Source: Longimicrobiales bacterium (GTDB taxonomy: Bacteria > Gemmatimonadota > Gemmatimonadetes > Longimicrobiales > Gaopeijiaceae). Taken from it: a DNA stretch of 64,000 bases. Under the pieces are notes generated by a model. That model was not told where the DNA came from and did not search any database. It saw only the letters and a list, made by a program, of their open reading frames with translations. Made by a program: the position numbers and the translations under genes. The first letter of the stretch is position 1, and the number at the start of each line of letters is the position of its first letter. The stretch is from NCBI GenBank assembly GCA_965116905.1, contig OZ220732.1, forward strand, positions 3,776,001 through 3,840,000, written 5' to 3'. Below, one piece after another: positions 1 to 9,920 of this stretch.

Positions 1-1
1 C

Positions 2-2095
2 GACGAAGAGGAGGTTGGGGGCGCGGTGGTGTTCGGTGACGACGTTGACCGACCAGCCGTCGGGGAGCCCGTCGGTGATGCGTCGCCAGCTGTCGCCATA
101 GTCCTCGCTGACGTAGACGTAGGCGGCGTAGTCGGCGTTGCGGTGACCGTCGAAGCTGGCGTAGACCCGGCCCTCGGCGTGATGGGAGGGCTCGAGGCGG
201 CTCACGTAGGTCCGCTCGGGAAGGTCGGGGATGCGGTCGGCGACGTTGGTCCACGTAGCGCCATCGTCGCGGCTGATCTGGACATTGCCGTCGTCGGTAC
301 CGACGTAAAGCAGCCCGGGGGTCAGCGGGGACTCGGCGAAGGCGGTGAGGTTGCCGTAGGTCGAGATGCCGTCGTTGACCGACATCTGGGGCTCCGAGCC
401 GGGCACGCCCATGATCTCGAGCTCGTCGCGGTCGATCTGTCTGGTGAGGTCGACGCCGCCCACCTCCTCCCAGGACATGCCGCGGTCGCGGGAACGGAGG
501 AGGTAGTTGGCGCCGAGGTACACGGTGGCCGGGTCGTGGGGGGAGAGCTGGAGGGGGGAGTTCCAGTTGAAGCGGTAGGTCTTGGCGGTGTCTCCGTCGG
601 CGCGCGGGCCGGTGATGGGGCGCATCGGGGTCTTTTCGCCGGTGTTGAGGTCGTACCGGTTCATGTTCCCGTTCTGGGACTCGGAGAAGACGATGGTCGA
701 GTCCGTGGGGTCGACGATCGTGAAGAAGCCGTCCCCGTACGCGGTCTCGTACCAGTCCTGGTGGCGGATGCCGTGGAACGAGCGCGTGTTGGAGGGCCCG
801 CACCAAGGGTCGTTGTCCTGGAGGCCGCCGCAGACGTAGTACGGGTCGCGCATGTCGAAGCCGATGGCGTAGAACTGGCCCAGCGGGAGGTTGTCGAACA
901 TGCGCCAATGGGCGGTGCCGTCCCAGCTGGCGACCACGCCGCCGTCGCTGCCCAGGATGAGGTGGTCGGGGTCGTCGGGGTTGATCCAGAGCGCGTGGTG
1001 GTCGACGTGGACCTGGGAGGCACCGTCGCTGCGGAAGGTGCGGCCGGCATCGTCGGAGACCATGAGATTGCCGCCGAGGACGTAGATGCGCTCGGGGTTG
1101 GTGGGGTCGATGCGGACCTGGGAGTAGTACATGGGCCGCGGGTTGGTGCCGGACATCTTCTCCCAGGTGTCGCCGCGGTCCAGAGAGCGGAAGAGGCCGC
1201 TTTGGGACTCGCCGTCACCGCCGCCGCCGAAGAAGCCGGCGTCGGGGCTGCGCGCGTCCGCCTCGACCAGCGCGTAGACGACGTTGCCGTCCTGGCGAAA
1301 GACGTCGACGCCGATTCGTCCCTTGGCGCCTGCGGGCAGGCCGTCGGTCAGCTCGGTCCAGCTGTCGCCGCCGTCGAAGGTGCGGTACAGGCCGCTGCCG
1401 GGCCCGCCGCCGTTGAAGCCCCAGCCCGTGCGCTGGCGCTGGTACATCGCCGCGAAGATCGTGTTGGGGTCGCCGGGGTCCATGGCGAGGTCGATCGCGC
1501 CGGTGTGCTCGTCGATGTAGAGGACGTTCTCCCAGGTCTCACCGCCGTCGTGCGTGCGAAAGACGCCGCGCTCCTCGTTCGGGCCCCACAGGTCGCCGAC
1601 GGCCGCCACGTACACGATGTCCGGATTGCGGGGGTGGATGAGGATGCGCCCGATGTGTTTGGTGGCTTCGAGCCCCATGTGGCGCCAGGTGTTCCCGGCG
1701 TCGGTGGACTTGTAGACGCCGTTGCCCCAGCCGGACGACTGGCGGTTCTGCGGCTCCCCGGTGCCAACCCAGACCAGGTTCGGGTTGGACTGGTCGAGGG
1801 TGACGTCGCCGATGGAGCTGGTCGGCTGGTCGTCGAAGAGCGGCGTCCACGAGGTGCCGTGGTTCTCGGTCTTCCAGACGCCGCCGGTGCCGGTCGCGAT
1901 GTAGAAGATCTGGGGCTTCGACTCGACGACGGCGAGGTCGGCGATGCGGCCGCCCATGAGCGCGGGGCCGATCTCGCGGTACTGCAGGTGCGAGATGGCG
2001 GTCTCGAGGGTGGTCTGGGCGGCGGTGGGGGCGGGCGCGAGAGCGGGGGTGAGGAACAGTGCCGAGAGGCAGAGGAGAATGCGCGCGGTCTTCAT
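2..2095 (-). CDS. VPS10/sortilin-like BNR-repeat (glycosyl hydrolase-like) beta-propeller protein; 3' end runs off the window
   Basis: Translated by hand from ATG 2095: signal peptide MKTARILLCLSALFL..., then REIGPALMGGRIADLA, GTGEPQNRQSSGWGNGVYKSTDAGNTW, HVDHHALWI and YRFNWNSP, with repeated SxDxGxTW Asp-boxes. Missing from the ORF track because it has no stop in the window. Confidence 0.9.
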   Translation of the reverse strand, partial: MKTARILLCLSALFLTPALAPAPTAAQTTLETAISHLQYREIGPALMGGRIADLAVVESKPQIFYIATGTGGVWKTENHGTSWTPLFDDQPTSSIGDVTLDQSNPNLVWVGTGEPQNRQSSGWGNGVYKSTDAGNTWRHMGLEATKHIGRILIHPRNPDIVYVAAVGDLWGPNEERGVFRTHDGGETWENVLYIDEHTGAIDLAMDPGDPNTIFAAMYQRQRTGWGFNGGGPGSGLYRTFDGGDSWTELTDGLPAGAKGRIGVDVFRQDGNVVYALVEADARSPDAGFFGGGGDGESQSGLFRSLDRGDTWEKMSGTNPRPMYYSQVRIDPTNPERIYVLGGNLMVSDDAGRTFRSDGASQVHVDHHALWINPDDPDHLILGSDGGVVASWDGTAHWRMFDNLPLGQFYAIGFDMRDPYYVCGGLQDNDPWCGPSNTRSFHGIRHQDWYETAYGDGFFTIVDPTDSTIVFSESQNGNMNRYDLNTGEKTPMRPITGPRADGDTAKTYRFNWNSPLQLSPHDPATVYLGANYLLRSRDRGMSWEEVGGVDLTRQIDRDELEIMGVPGSEPQMSVNDGISTYGNLTAFAESPLTPGLLYVGTDDGNVQISRDDGATWTNVADRIPDLPERTYVSRLEPSHHAEGRVYASFDGHRNADYAAYVYVSEDYGDSWRRITDGLPDGWSVNVVTEHHRAPNLLFV

Positions 2096-2188
2096 TGGGG
2101 GGATCCTCAGGGATCGGGTGGGTCGGCTGTCCGAGCAAAGTCCGGCCCCGGGGGCGGTGGCGCAATCGCTCCGTCTGACCGCCCGCCG

Positions 2189-2287
2189 ATCGTCGCATTG
2201 TGCCGCGAGCACGGCATCGCGACCGTTCTGACGAACGACCGCGATTTCGATCGTTTCAGGCACTTGCGGGTACGGTATCTGGAGTAG
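2189..2287 (+). pseudogene. C-terminal remnant of a PIN-domain (VapC-like) toxin
   Basis: Encodes IVALCREHGIATVLTNDRDFDRFRHLRVRYLE*, matching the PIN C-terminal pattern (xALCxEHGxxxxxTxDxDF). No N-terminal half, start or antitoxin. Confidence 0.6.
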
Positions 2288-2324
2288 CCGCAGCAGTAGC
2301 CGCCCTGAAGGGAACCTGAGGCAC

Positions 2325-5300
2325 ATGAAGACCCTGCTCCGACCATCCCGCCGCGGCCACCCTGGCCGCTTGCCGCTCGTATTCGCCGCGTCGCTGGCGG
2401 TCGCATGCGGAGGCGACACGACCGAGCCTCCGCCACGACGTCCGGTTCCGGTTGCCACCACCGTCCTTGTCTCGCCAGCGTCGGCCTTGATTGCCGCGAT
2501 CGACGACACTGTCCGCTTCTCGGCGGATGTTCGCGACCAGGAAGGCCGGCCCATGACCGGCGTGGCGATAACCTGGCGGTCGAGCGACCTGTTCGTCGCA
2601 ACCGTGAATGCCCTCGGCGTCACCAGGGCGACCGGGAACGGCACCGCCACGATCACCGCGATGGTCAGCGGGGTGTCGGGCACGGCGGCCCTCACGGTCG
2701 AGCAGCAGGTCGCGGCCGTAGCGATCTCGCCCGACTCGTCGGTGCTTGTCGTCGGCGAGACGCTGCCCCTGGAGGCGGCGATCGTGGACGCCAACGGTCA
2801 CGCGGTCCAGGGGGCTCAAGTCGCTTGGGAGTCCGGCGACACGAGCGTGGCCACGGTGGACAGATCCGGCCGGGTGACGGCCGCGGGCGTGGGCCGAACT
2901 CTGGTCACGGCCATGGCGGATGAGGTGGTGGCCGAGGTGGCCGTGGCGGTGCTGCCGACGCCGGTGAGCATGACAATCGCGCCGCGAGCGATCGAGTTCG
3001 CGTCGCTGGGCGATACAATCGCGCTGGCGGCGACGGCTTTCGACGCCGACGGCAACGACATCGAGGGCCTCGCCTTCGTGTGGTCAAGCACGGACACCAT
3101 GGTCGCCACGGTGGACGCACTGGGTCGGGTCGTCTCGGTGGACAATGGCACCGTCGACGTCACGGCCGCGCGCGCGGCAGCTTCCGCCGGTGCCGCGGTG
3201 CGCGTCGCGCAGGTCGCCGAGTCGCTCCAGGTCCTGCCCGCCGTCGACACGGTGGCGGTGGGCGACTCGATCGCACTGACCGCGCAGGCCGCCGACGCCA
3301 ACGGCTACGCCATCGCCGCGGCCGCAGCCCCCGCCTTCGACTGGATCTCGGCCACGCCGGAAGTGGTCGCCGTGGACGCCACCGGTCTGGCCGCCGCGCT
3401 TGCCCCCGGCATCGCCTCGGTCACCGCCAGCGCGGGTGGGCTGGAAGCCACCACTTCCCTGACCGTGGAGGCAGCGGCCGCCTTCGACAAGCGCGTGCTC
3501 ACCGATTTGTTCCAGGCCACCTCCGGGCCGACCTGGACGCGTTCGGACAACTGGCTGACCGGCGCCCCGGCAGAGGATTGGTACGGGGTCGGCATCGACG
3601 ACAATGGGCGGGTCGCCCAGGTGGACCTCTCCAGGAATGGTCTGTCGGGCAGAATCCCTCCGCAACTCGGCGACCTTCGGTCCCTGCGGGCACTCAGTCT
3701 CTCCGACAACGCTCTAGTCGGTCCATTGCCGGAGGAACTTTCCAATCTCGACCGACTGGAAACCCTGCTCCTGTCCTCGAACGATCTCACCGGCACAATC
3801 CCCACGTGGCTTGCGGACATGCCGTCGCTACGGTTGCTCTCGCTGAGCATAAACGAAATCACCGGTCCCATTCCGAAGGAACTGAGCCGAATGCCGGTGA
3901 TCGAGGGTCTCTACCTGACCGGAAACGCGTTGGTCGGCGAGATTCCACCGGAAATCGGGGATCTTGCGACGCTGTCCTTTCTCCATCTCGGCAGCAACCA
4001 ACTCGAAGGCGGGATTCCCCCCGAACTTGGCAACCTGACCGACCTCAGACGATTGAGCCTGCGATCAAACCAGCTGACCGGCCCGGTCCCGCCGGAACTG
4101 GGCCACCTGACCAACCTCGAGCGATTGGAGCTCTACTACAACGGGTTCACAGGCGAAATCCCGCGCGAGTTGGGCGACCTGAGCAATCTGGCCGTACTCG
4201 GGTTACTGGCGAACCGGTTCACGGGCGAAATCCCCCCGGAACTGGGCAAGCTGACCCGTCTGACCCACCTCTATCTGGGCCGGAACCAGCTCACCGGGGC
4301 CATCCCGCCGGAACTGGGCGACCTGACCAGCCTGGAAGTGTTCGAGGCGATGCTCAACCAGCTCGATGGCCCTCTGCCCCCCGAACTGGGGCGCCTGGCG
4401 GCCCTGGAGCACCTCATCCTCTCCCGCAACCGCGGTTTGCAGGGCGAGTTGCCACGCGAATTCACCGCTCTCGCGCTGGATGAGCTCCAGCTTGGCGCGA
4501 CGGGACTGTGCGCGCCCCAGGGCGACGAATTCCGCATGTGGGTGGCTTCGATCGACACGGGGTGGGCACCGCTGTGCGCCGAGGAGCGCACACACGCGTA
4601 CCTGACGCAGGCGTCACAGTCGGCGACGGTTCCCGTGAAGCTGGTGGCGGGCGAGCAGGCGCTGCTCAGGGTGTTCGTTGTCGCAAACAGCGGGGTCAGT
4701 GCGACTTTCCCGACCGTCCGGGCAAGGTTCTTCGCCGACGGCCGGGAGGTCCACTCGGTGTCGGTACCGAGATCGTCTCGCCCCCTTCCGATGTCGGTCG
4801 ACGAAAGTGCTCTCGACGCCTCGGCCAACGCGCTCATCCCGGGTACCGTACTGGTGCCAGGGCTGGAGATGGTGGTGGAGATCGACCCTGAGGGCGCGCT
4901 TCCGGCAGGTACCGGGGTCCCGCGGCGGTGGCCGGCAGAGGGGCGCGCCGCGGTGGATGTCCGGCGGATGAGGCCGCTCGATCTGACGCTGGTGCCGTTC
5001 CTTTACAACTCGAACCCCGAACAGGCGCTGGCCGACCGGGTCAAGATACTGCGGGCGCAGGATGAACTGTTCCAACTGACCCGTGACCTGCTGCCCGTGG
5101 AAGTATTCACGGTCACCGCCCGCGAGCCCATGTGGACATCGATCGATCCGGTGCACACCAACAGTGCGGCACTGCTGCGCGAAACGTGGGCGATCCGGAC
5201 GATGGACGGCGCCTCCGGCTACTACATGGGGGTGATGCGCGGGGGCGGAGGGCGCGCGTACATCGGCTGGCCGGCCAGCGTGTCGGGCCTCCTGGGCCCC

Positions 5301-6092
5301 ACCATCGCCCACGAGCTGGGTCACAATATGTCCCTGCGCCATGCACCGTGTGGAGATCCGCCCAACATCGAGCTGATCTACCCCTATGTGAACGGCTCCA
5401 TCGGCTCGTGGGGCTACGACTTCCTGCGGGGACTCCTGATCAGTCCGACGCGTCCCGACTTCATGTCGTACTGCGACCCCGAGTGGGTGAGCGACTACAG
5501 CTTCAACAAGGCCCTCCACTTCCGCGAGACGCTGGAGCCGCAGCGGGTGGCCTCGCGCGCCTCGGAGGTCCCGGCCGGCGTGGGGCTGCTCCTGTGGGGG
5601 GGCCAGGGTGCCGACAGCGTCCCGATCCTGGAGCCGGCGTTCGTCGTGCGCGCGCCGCCGTCGCTGCCACAGGAGGACGGACCGTTCCGTCTGACCGGAC
5701 TGACCGCCCAGGAGGACACCCTGTTCTCGCTCTCGTTCGCGATACCGGAGACGGGTGAGGGCGACGGAGCGTCGTCGTTCGCGTTCGTGCTCCCGACACG
5801 GAGTTCGTGGGCGGACTCGCTGGACCGCATCGTGCTGATCGGTCCCGGGGGTTCGGACGCGGTGGGACGGGGGGACCCAGTGGGACGAGGGGACGCAGTG
5901 GGCCGGGGGCACACCCCAGGCCGGGCATCCGTGCTGCTGATCGACGAACGGAGTGGACGCGCACGCGGATTCCTCCGCGACTCTCCCGGGCAGCCCCTGA
6001 CGTTGCCGACGACGTCTCTCCGTTTGCCGGAACCGGGTCTGGAAGCCGTCGTCAGCCGGGGCGTGCCCGACTCCACCGCGTGGCGTCGCTAG
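2325..6092 (+). CDS. Surface lipoprotein: about 4 Big_2 Ig-like repeats, about 12 plant-type LRRs and a C-terminal Zn-metallopeptidase-like domain
   Basis: Lipobox LAVAC; repeated WxSSDxxVATVDxxGxV; 24-aa LxxLxxLxLxxNxLxGxIPxELG repeats; HELGHNMSLRH zinc motif. Confidence 0.9.
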   Translation: MKTLLRPSRRGHPGRLPLVFAASLAVACGGDTTEPPPRRPVPVATTVLVSPASALIAAIDDTVRFSADVRDQEGRPMTGVAITWRSSDLFVATVNALGVTRATGNGTATITAMVSGVSGTAALTVEQQVAAVAISPDSSVLVVGETLPLEAAIVDANGHAVQGAQVAWESGDTSVATVDRSGRVTAAGVGRTLVTAMADEVVAEVAVAVLPTPVSMTIAPRAIEFASLGDTIALAATAFDADGNDIEGLAFVWSSTDTMVATVDALGRVVSVDNGTVDVTAARAAASAGAAVRVAQVAESLQVLPAVDTVAVGDSIALTAQAADANGYAIAAAAAPAFDWISATPEVVAVDATGLAAALAPGIASVTASAGGLEATTSLTVEAAAAFDKRVLTDLFQATSGPTWTRSDNWLTGAPAEDWYGVGIDDNGRVAQVDLSRNGLSGRIPPQLGDLRSLRALSLSDNALVGPLPEELSNLDRLETLLLSSNDLTGTIPTWLADMPSLRLLSLSINEITGPIPKELSRMPVIEGLYLTGNALVGEIPPEIGDLATLSFLHLGSNQLEGGIPPELGNLTDLRRLSLRSNQLTGPVPPELGHLTNLERLELYYNGFTGEIPRELGDLSNLAVLGLLANRFTGEIPPELGKLTRLTHLYLGRNQLTGAIPPELGDLTSLEVFEAMLNQLDGPLPPELGRLAALEHLILSRNRGLQGELPREFTALALDELQLGATGLCAPQGDEFRMWVASIDTGWAPLCAEERTHAYLTQASQSATVPVKLVAGEQALLRVFVVANSGVSATFPTVRARFFADGREVHSVSVPRSSRPLPMSVDESALDASANALIPGTVLVPGLEMVVEIDPEGALPAGTGVPRRWPAEGRAAVDVRRMRPLDLTLVPFLYNSNPEQALADRVKILRAQDELFQLTRDLLPVEVFTVTAREPMWTSIDPVHTNSAALLRETWAIRTMDGASGYYMGVMRGGGGRAYIGWPASVSGLLGPTIAHELGHNMSLRHAPCGDPPNIELIYPYVNGSIGSWGYDFLRGLLISPTRPDFMSYCDPEWVSDYSFNKALHFRETLEPQRVASRASEVPAGVGLLLWGGQGADSVPILEPAFVVRAPPSLPQEDGPFRLTGLTAQEDTLFSLSFAIPETGEGDGASSFAFVLPTRSSWADSLDRIVLIGPGGSDAVGRGDPVGRGDAVGRGHTPGRASVLLIDERSGRARGFLRDSPGQPLTLPTTSLRLPEPGLEAVVSRGVPDSTAWRR
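5856..5927 (+). repeat. In-frame 18-bp tandem repeat, 3-4 units (DAVGRG/DPVGRG/DAVGRG/HTPGRA)
   Basis: gacgcggtgggacggggg / gacccagtgggacgaggg / gacgcagtgggccggggg. Confidence 0.8.
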
Positions 6093-6120
6093 CCACTGGC
6101 CAGCCAGCCCCGCGCGCGCC

Positions 6121-8058
6121 CTACCGGAGTTCCTTCATCGGCATCACGATCGCCGAGGGGTACGTCGCGTTCCGCCGCACCGACAGCACCGGAACGCTTC
6201 CGTCACGCGGGTAGCGCAGGAAGGTGTCCGCGTCGGCCCCCGCGACCGCCACCCTGACCCGGTGTCCTTCCCGGATCAGCGCCGATGTCGCCCACAGGTC
6301 GAAGCCGATCTCGGCGACCTCGCCCGGCACCAGCGGCATTGCGTCGGCGCGGAGCTCGGACCGATGCGGGCCGTACTTGCGGTAGAGAGGCGGGTCGTCG
6401 GTGACGGCGCGCATCACGGCCCGCAGCTGACCCTCGGTGATGTACGTCACCGTACCGTCCGGCGCGACATCCTCCAGGTAGACGATGAATGCACCGTCGC
6501 TCTCGGTCGACGACAGCCACAGGGTGACCACCGGATGCCCCGTGATCTCGGTGTCGACCGCCATCGGGGCGCTCGTGTAGGTCAGCAGCTTCGCGTCCTC
6601 GTCCCGCCGGTTCCCGTACACCACGTCGCCGCCGCCCCCGTTGGTGTACCAGCGGTTGCGCGTGCCCGTGGTCGCCGTGTAGTCGACGGTGTAGTCGTCC
6701 GCGCCCTCCGCGTCGGTGGGTAACTCACGGCTCAGCGTGCCGTCCGCTCCGAAATACCAGGTCACGTCCTCGAACCCCCCGGGGGGCCAGACCTCGGTTC
6801 TCATCCATCGGTCGGCACCGAGCGTGTAGTAGTTGATCTCGTGGGGCGTCCGGCCCGACCCGCCCTCCTTGAGGTGTTCGTCGAAAAAGGCGACGAGTTC
6901 GGCGAACCGCTCGTCCGCGTCCGGCGCCACCGGCGTGTCATCCGGCCGGAAGGGATCGGCGTCGTTGCGCGCCCCGTGGTCCCAGGGCCCAATGAAGACC
7001 TGCTGCGCATTGGAGATCGTGTTGTAGCGGCCCAGCGTGCCGTTCACGGTCCCGGCGTCCTGCCAGCCTGCCCGGACGAACATCGCCACGCCCGACTCCT
7101 CGATCTGCGGCAGATGGCCGGAGGGGCTGCGCCGATGTCCCACGTGGGTCTCGCCGTAGCGGCCGAAGGGATCGTCGCGGTACTCGTACTCCAGCGCGGC
7201 CCCGAAGGGCACCGTGTTGGCCTCGTGCTCGGTCACCGCCGCCGTGAGCAGCGCACCGTCTCCGTCCGCGTCGACGGGCTTGACGCCGGTCACCCGCCCG
7301 CGCAGTTCGTCGCACTCTGCCCCGCTCACCCCTGAGAGGCCGCAGATGTCGTTGAGGTCCTGCATGCGCGTCCGGTCGGACCAGCTCTCCAGGAACCCGA
7401 CCGTGAGCACGCCGCCGGGGAAGACCAGGTGGCCGAAGTTGTCGAAGTCGTTGAAGAGCGGCGCCACCGCCTTCACCGCCGGGTGCCGGTTGACCGCCAG
7501 CATCTCCGCCGTGTTGCCCGCGTACGACACGCCGTATGCCCCGACCCGCCCGTTCGACCACGGCTGCGCCACGATCCAGTCCGCGACCTCGCCGTAGTCC
7601 CGTACCTCGTCCTCGGCGAGTTCGAAATGCCGGATCCCGAACGAGGCCCCGCTTCCGCGCCCGTCGACGAGCACCAGCGCGTACCCCGCCGCGTTCCAGC
7701 GCTCGGCCTCGTCGAAGTTGGCATCGCTCTCGAGCGGCACGTCGACCATACCACGGGCCCTCCAGTAGCGCGTCGCCCTGATCATGGTGGGCAGCAGAGC
7801 GCCCTCCTCTATCCCGTCGGGCAGCCACACGTCGACCGCGATCCTCACGCCGTCGCGCATGGGGATGTGCAGCGCCTGGTTGCGGGTAAGCGTGCTGACC
7901 GGCCCCTCCGCACCCGCCCGGCCGGGAGAGGCATCCCCCGCCCGGGAAGGATCATCGCCGTCGGCGCACGCGGCCACGAGCGCGAGCGCCACCGCCAGCA
8001 CCAGGGCCGCACCGGCAGCCACGCACCGCCCGCTCGCCGGTCCTGCGCGCCCGACCAT
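6121..8058 (-). CDS. CocE/NonD family serine hydrolase, lipoprotein
   Basis: IPMRDGVRIAVDVWLP, DGRGSGASFG, WSNGRVGAYGVSYAG nucleophile elbow, GPWDH, C-terminal EITGHP. ATG 8058 overlaps the upstream TGA. Confidence 0.9.
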   Translation of the reverse strand: MVGRAGPASGRCVAAGAALVLAVALALVAACADGDDPSRAGDASPGRAGAEGPVSTLTRNQALHIPMRDGVRIAVDVWLPDGIEEGALLPTMIRATRYWRARGMVDVPLESDANFDEAERWNAAGYALVLVDGRGSGASFGIRHFELAEDEVRDYGEVADWIVAQPWSNGRVGAYGVSYAGNTAEMLAVNRHPAVKAVAPLFNDFDNFGHLVFPGGVLTVGFLESWSDRTRMQDLNDICGLSGVSGAECDELRGRVTGVKPVDADGDGALLTAAVTEHEANTVPFGAALEYEYRDDPFGRYGETHVGHRRSPSGHLPQIEESGVAMFVRAGWQDAGTVNGTLGRYNTISNAQQVFIGPWDHGARNDADPFRPDDTPVAPDADERFAELVAFFDEHLKEGGSGRTPHEINYYTLGADRWMRTEVWPPGGFEDVTWYFGADGTLSRELPTDAEGADDYTVDYTATTGTRNRWYTNGGGGDVVYGNRRDEDAKLLTYTSAPMAVDTEITGHPVVTLWLSSTESDGAFIVYLEDVAPDGTVTYITEGQLRAVMRAVTDDPPLYRKYGPHRSELRADAMPLVPGEVAEIGFDLWATSALIREGHRVRVAVAGADADTFLRYPRDGSVPVLSVRRNATYPSAIVMPMKELR

Positions 8059-9785
8059 CACCACGCGATCGCGTGACCGTCGCGGCGAGGATCCGACCCG
8101 CCAGCCAGCGCCCCGGTCTCCGCATCTCTGTACACCCCCTGAACCCCTCCCATATTGCCCGGCTCCACCAAATGATGGCCCCGATCGGCCAGTTCCTGGT
8201 ACACGCCGGGCGGGAACCCCGCTTCGAGATACGTCATCGAGTCCTCCGGGATCGGCGTCCGGCCCCCGCCACGGTTGATCGCCATGCGCGGAGAAGCGAT
8301 CGCGAGCTGCATGTCCATCCCGCCGACCACGAGCTTGGTGATCGTCTGCCCGACGGTCTGCGGAATCGTATAGCCGCCGGCTGCCCCGACCGCCGCGACG
8401 AGCCGGCCGTCCTTCATGACCACGCACGGCGTCATCACGCCCTTGGCCCGCTGCCCGCCCTCCAGGTGGTTCACGTGACCCTCCTCCAGCACGAATCCGA
8501 ACGTGTGGCCGTTGTTGAGGAAAATGCCGGTGTCGCCCGCAATGACGCCGCTGCCGTAGATGCTCACGAGCGACTGCGTGAATGCGACGGCGTTGCCCCA
8601 GCGGTCGGCGGTGGACAGGCTGGTGGTTCCGAAGAAGGGCAGCGGCTCGCCGGAAAACGACGCCACGCGCGCCGGGTCGATCTTCGCGCGCTGCTCGTCG
8701 GCATACGCCAGGGAGATGATCCGGTCGACGGGAATCTCGATGTCCCGGCCGGTGTTGTACCGGTCGTCATCGGCCAGGGCCAGCTTGCAGGCCTCCACCC
8801 AGAGGTGCGCGAACTCGCTGCCGTACAGGTCCATGTCCGCCAGGTCGAAGCCGTCCATGATGTTGAGCGCCTGGAACATCGACATTCCGCACGACCCCGG
8901 GGGCATCGCGTAGAGATCGTGGCCCTGGAAGCTGGTCGTGATCGGATCGCGCCATTCGACTTGGTAGGACTCGAGGTCGGCCGTGGTCATGTGCCCGCCG
9001 TTCTCGGCGAGGAAGCCCACGACCCGGTCCGCGAGGTCGCCGCTGTAGAAGTCGTCCGCCCCGGCGCGGGCCAGATGCCGCATGCTCGCGGCCAGGTCGG
9101 GCTGCCGGATGACTTCGCCCATGCGCGGCGGGCGGCCATGCGGGAAGAAGACGCGGGTCGTCGACGGGAAGCGGCCCAGCTTCTCGGCGGCGCCGTTCGT
9201 GTGCAACTGGTCGAACTTCGAGATCACGAAGCCGTCTTCGGCCAGCTGGATCGCGGGCTCGAACACGTCGCCCAGGCTCATCGTGCCATAGCGCTCCAGA
9301 GCGGCCGCCCATCCCTTGAGGGCGCCGGGGACGATCGGCGCCTGGTAGCCGGCGTCGAAGTCGTCGAGGGTCATCGTGCCGGGAGAAGAGGCGGCGGGCG
9401 CGCGGCCCATCGCGTCGAGACCGACGACACGGTCTTGGTCGGCCAGGTAGATCACCATGAATCCGCCGAATCCCCCGATCCCCGACATGTAGGGCTCGGA
9501 GACGTTCAGCGTGGCGGCGGCGGCCACGATCGCGTCGACGGCGTTGCCGCCCTGCATCATAATCGTGGTGCCGGCGAGAGACGCGTAGTAGTCGGCCGCG
9601 GCGGTGACGCCGCGCCGGCCCCAGACGCTTCCGTGGGCGATTCCGAGGTGGCCGGCATCGGGCGGCCGGTAGGCTTCCGAACCCTCGGAGCCACCGGTGG
9701 TCGACGATGGGCTGCAGGCCAGCAGGCCGGAACCGGCGGCTGCGGCGGACGCGGCGGAAGCGGCGAGGAAGTCCCGGCGTTTCAT
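8058..9785 (-). CDS. Gamma-glutamyltransferase-family Ntn hydrolase with Tat (lipo)protein signal
   Basis: MKRRDFLAAS Tat motif plus LLAC; GGNAVDA, EPYMSGIGGFG, VPGALKGW, GTTSLSTADRWGNAV (Thr nucleophile), GGSDPRRDG. Confidence 0.9.
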   Translation of the reverse strand: MKRRDFLAASAASAAAAGSGLLACSPSSTTGGSEGSEAYRPPDAGHLGIAHGSVWGRRGVTAAADYYASLAGTTIMMQGGNAVDAIVAAAATLNVSEPYMSGIGGFGGFMVIYLADQDRVVGLDAMGRAPAASSPGTMTLDDFDAGYQAPIVPGALKGWAAALERYGTMSLGDVFEPAIQLAEDGFVISKFDQLHTNGAAEKLGRFPSTTRVFFPHGRPPRMGEVIRQPDLAASMRHLARAGADDFYSGDLADRVVGFLAENGGHMTTADLESYQVEWRDPITTSFQGHDLYAMPPGSCGMSMFQALNIMDGFDLADMDLYGSEFAHLWVEACKLALADDDRYNTGRDIEIPVDRIISLAYADEQRAKIDPARVASFSGEPLPFFGTTSLSTADRWGNAVAFTQSLVSIYGSGVIAGDTGIFLNNGHTFGFVLEEGHVNHLEGGQRAKGVMTPCVVMKDGRLVAAVGAAGGYTIPQTVGQTITKLVVGGMDMQLAIASPRMAINRGGGRTPIPEDSMTYLEAGFPPGVYQELADRGHHLVEPGNMGGVQGVYRDAETGALAGGSDPRRDGHAIAW

Positions 9786-9920
9786 GGAAATCGCTCCTGA
9801 TATGGGGTCACCTGAAAGGCATCGGCTGGCTGGCGCACCGGAGGATGCCAACATACCCTACCGCCTGACTTCTCGCACCGATGCGAGTATTGCCACCAAA
9901 ACCAGACGATCGAGCGTACC

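Noticed and set aside
26..2287. 753-aa plus-strand ORF
   Set aside because: Antisense shadow of the VPS10-like gene; only its last 32 codons look like a real (PIN) fragment.
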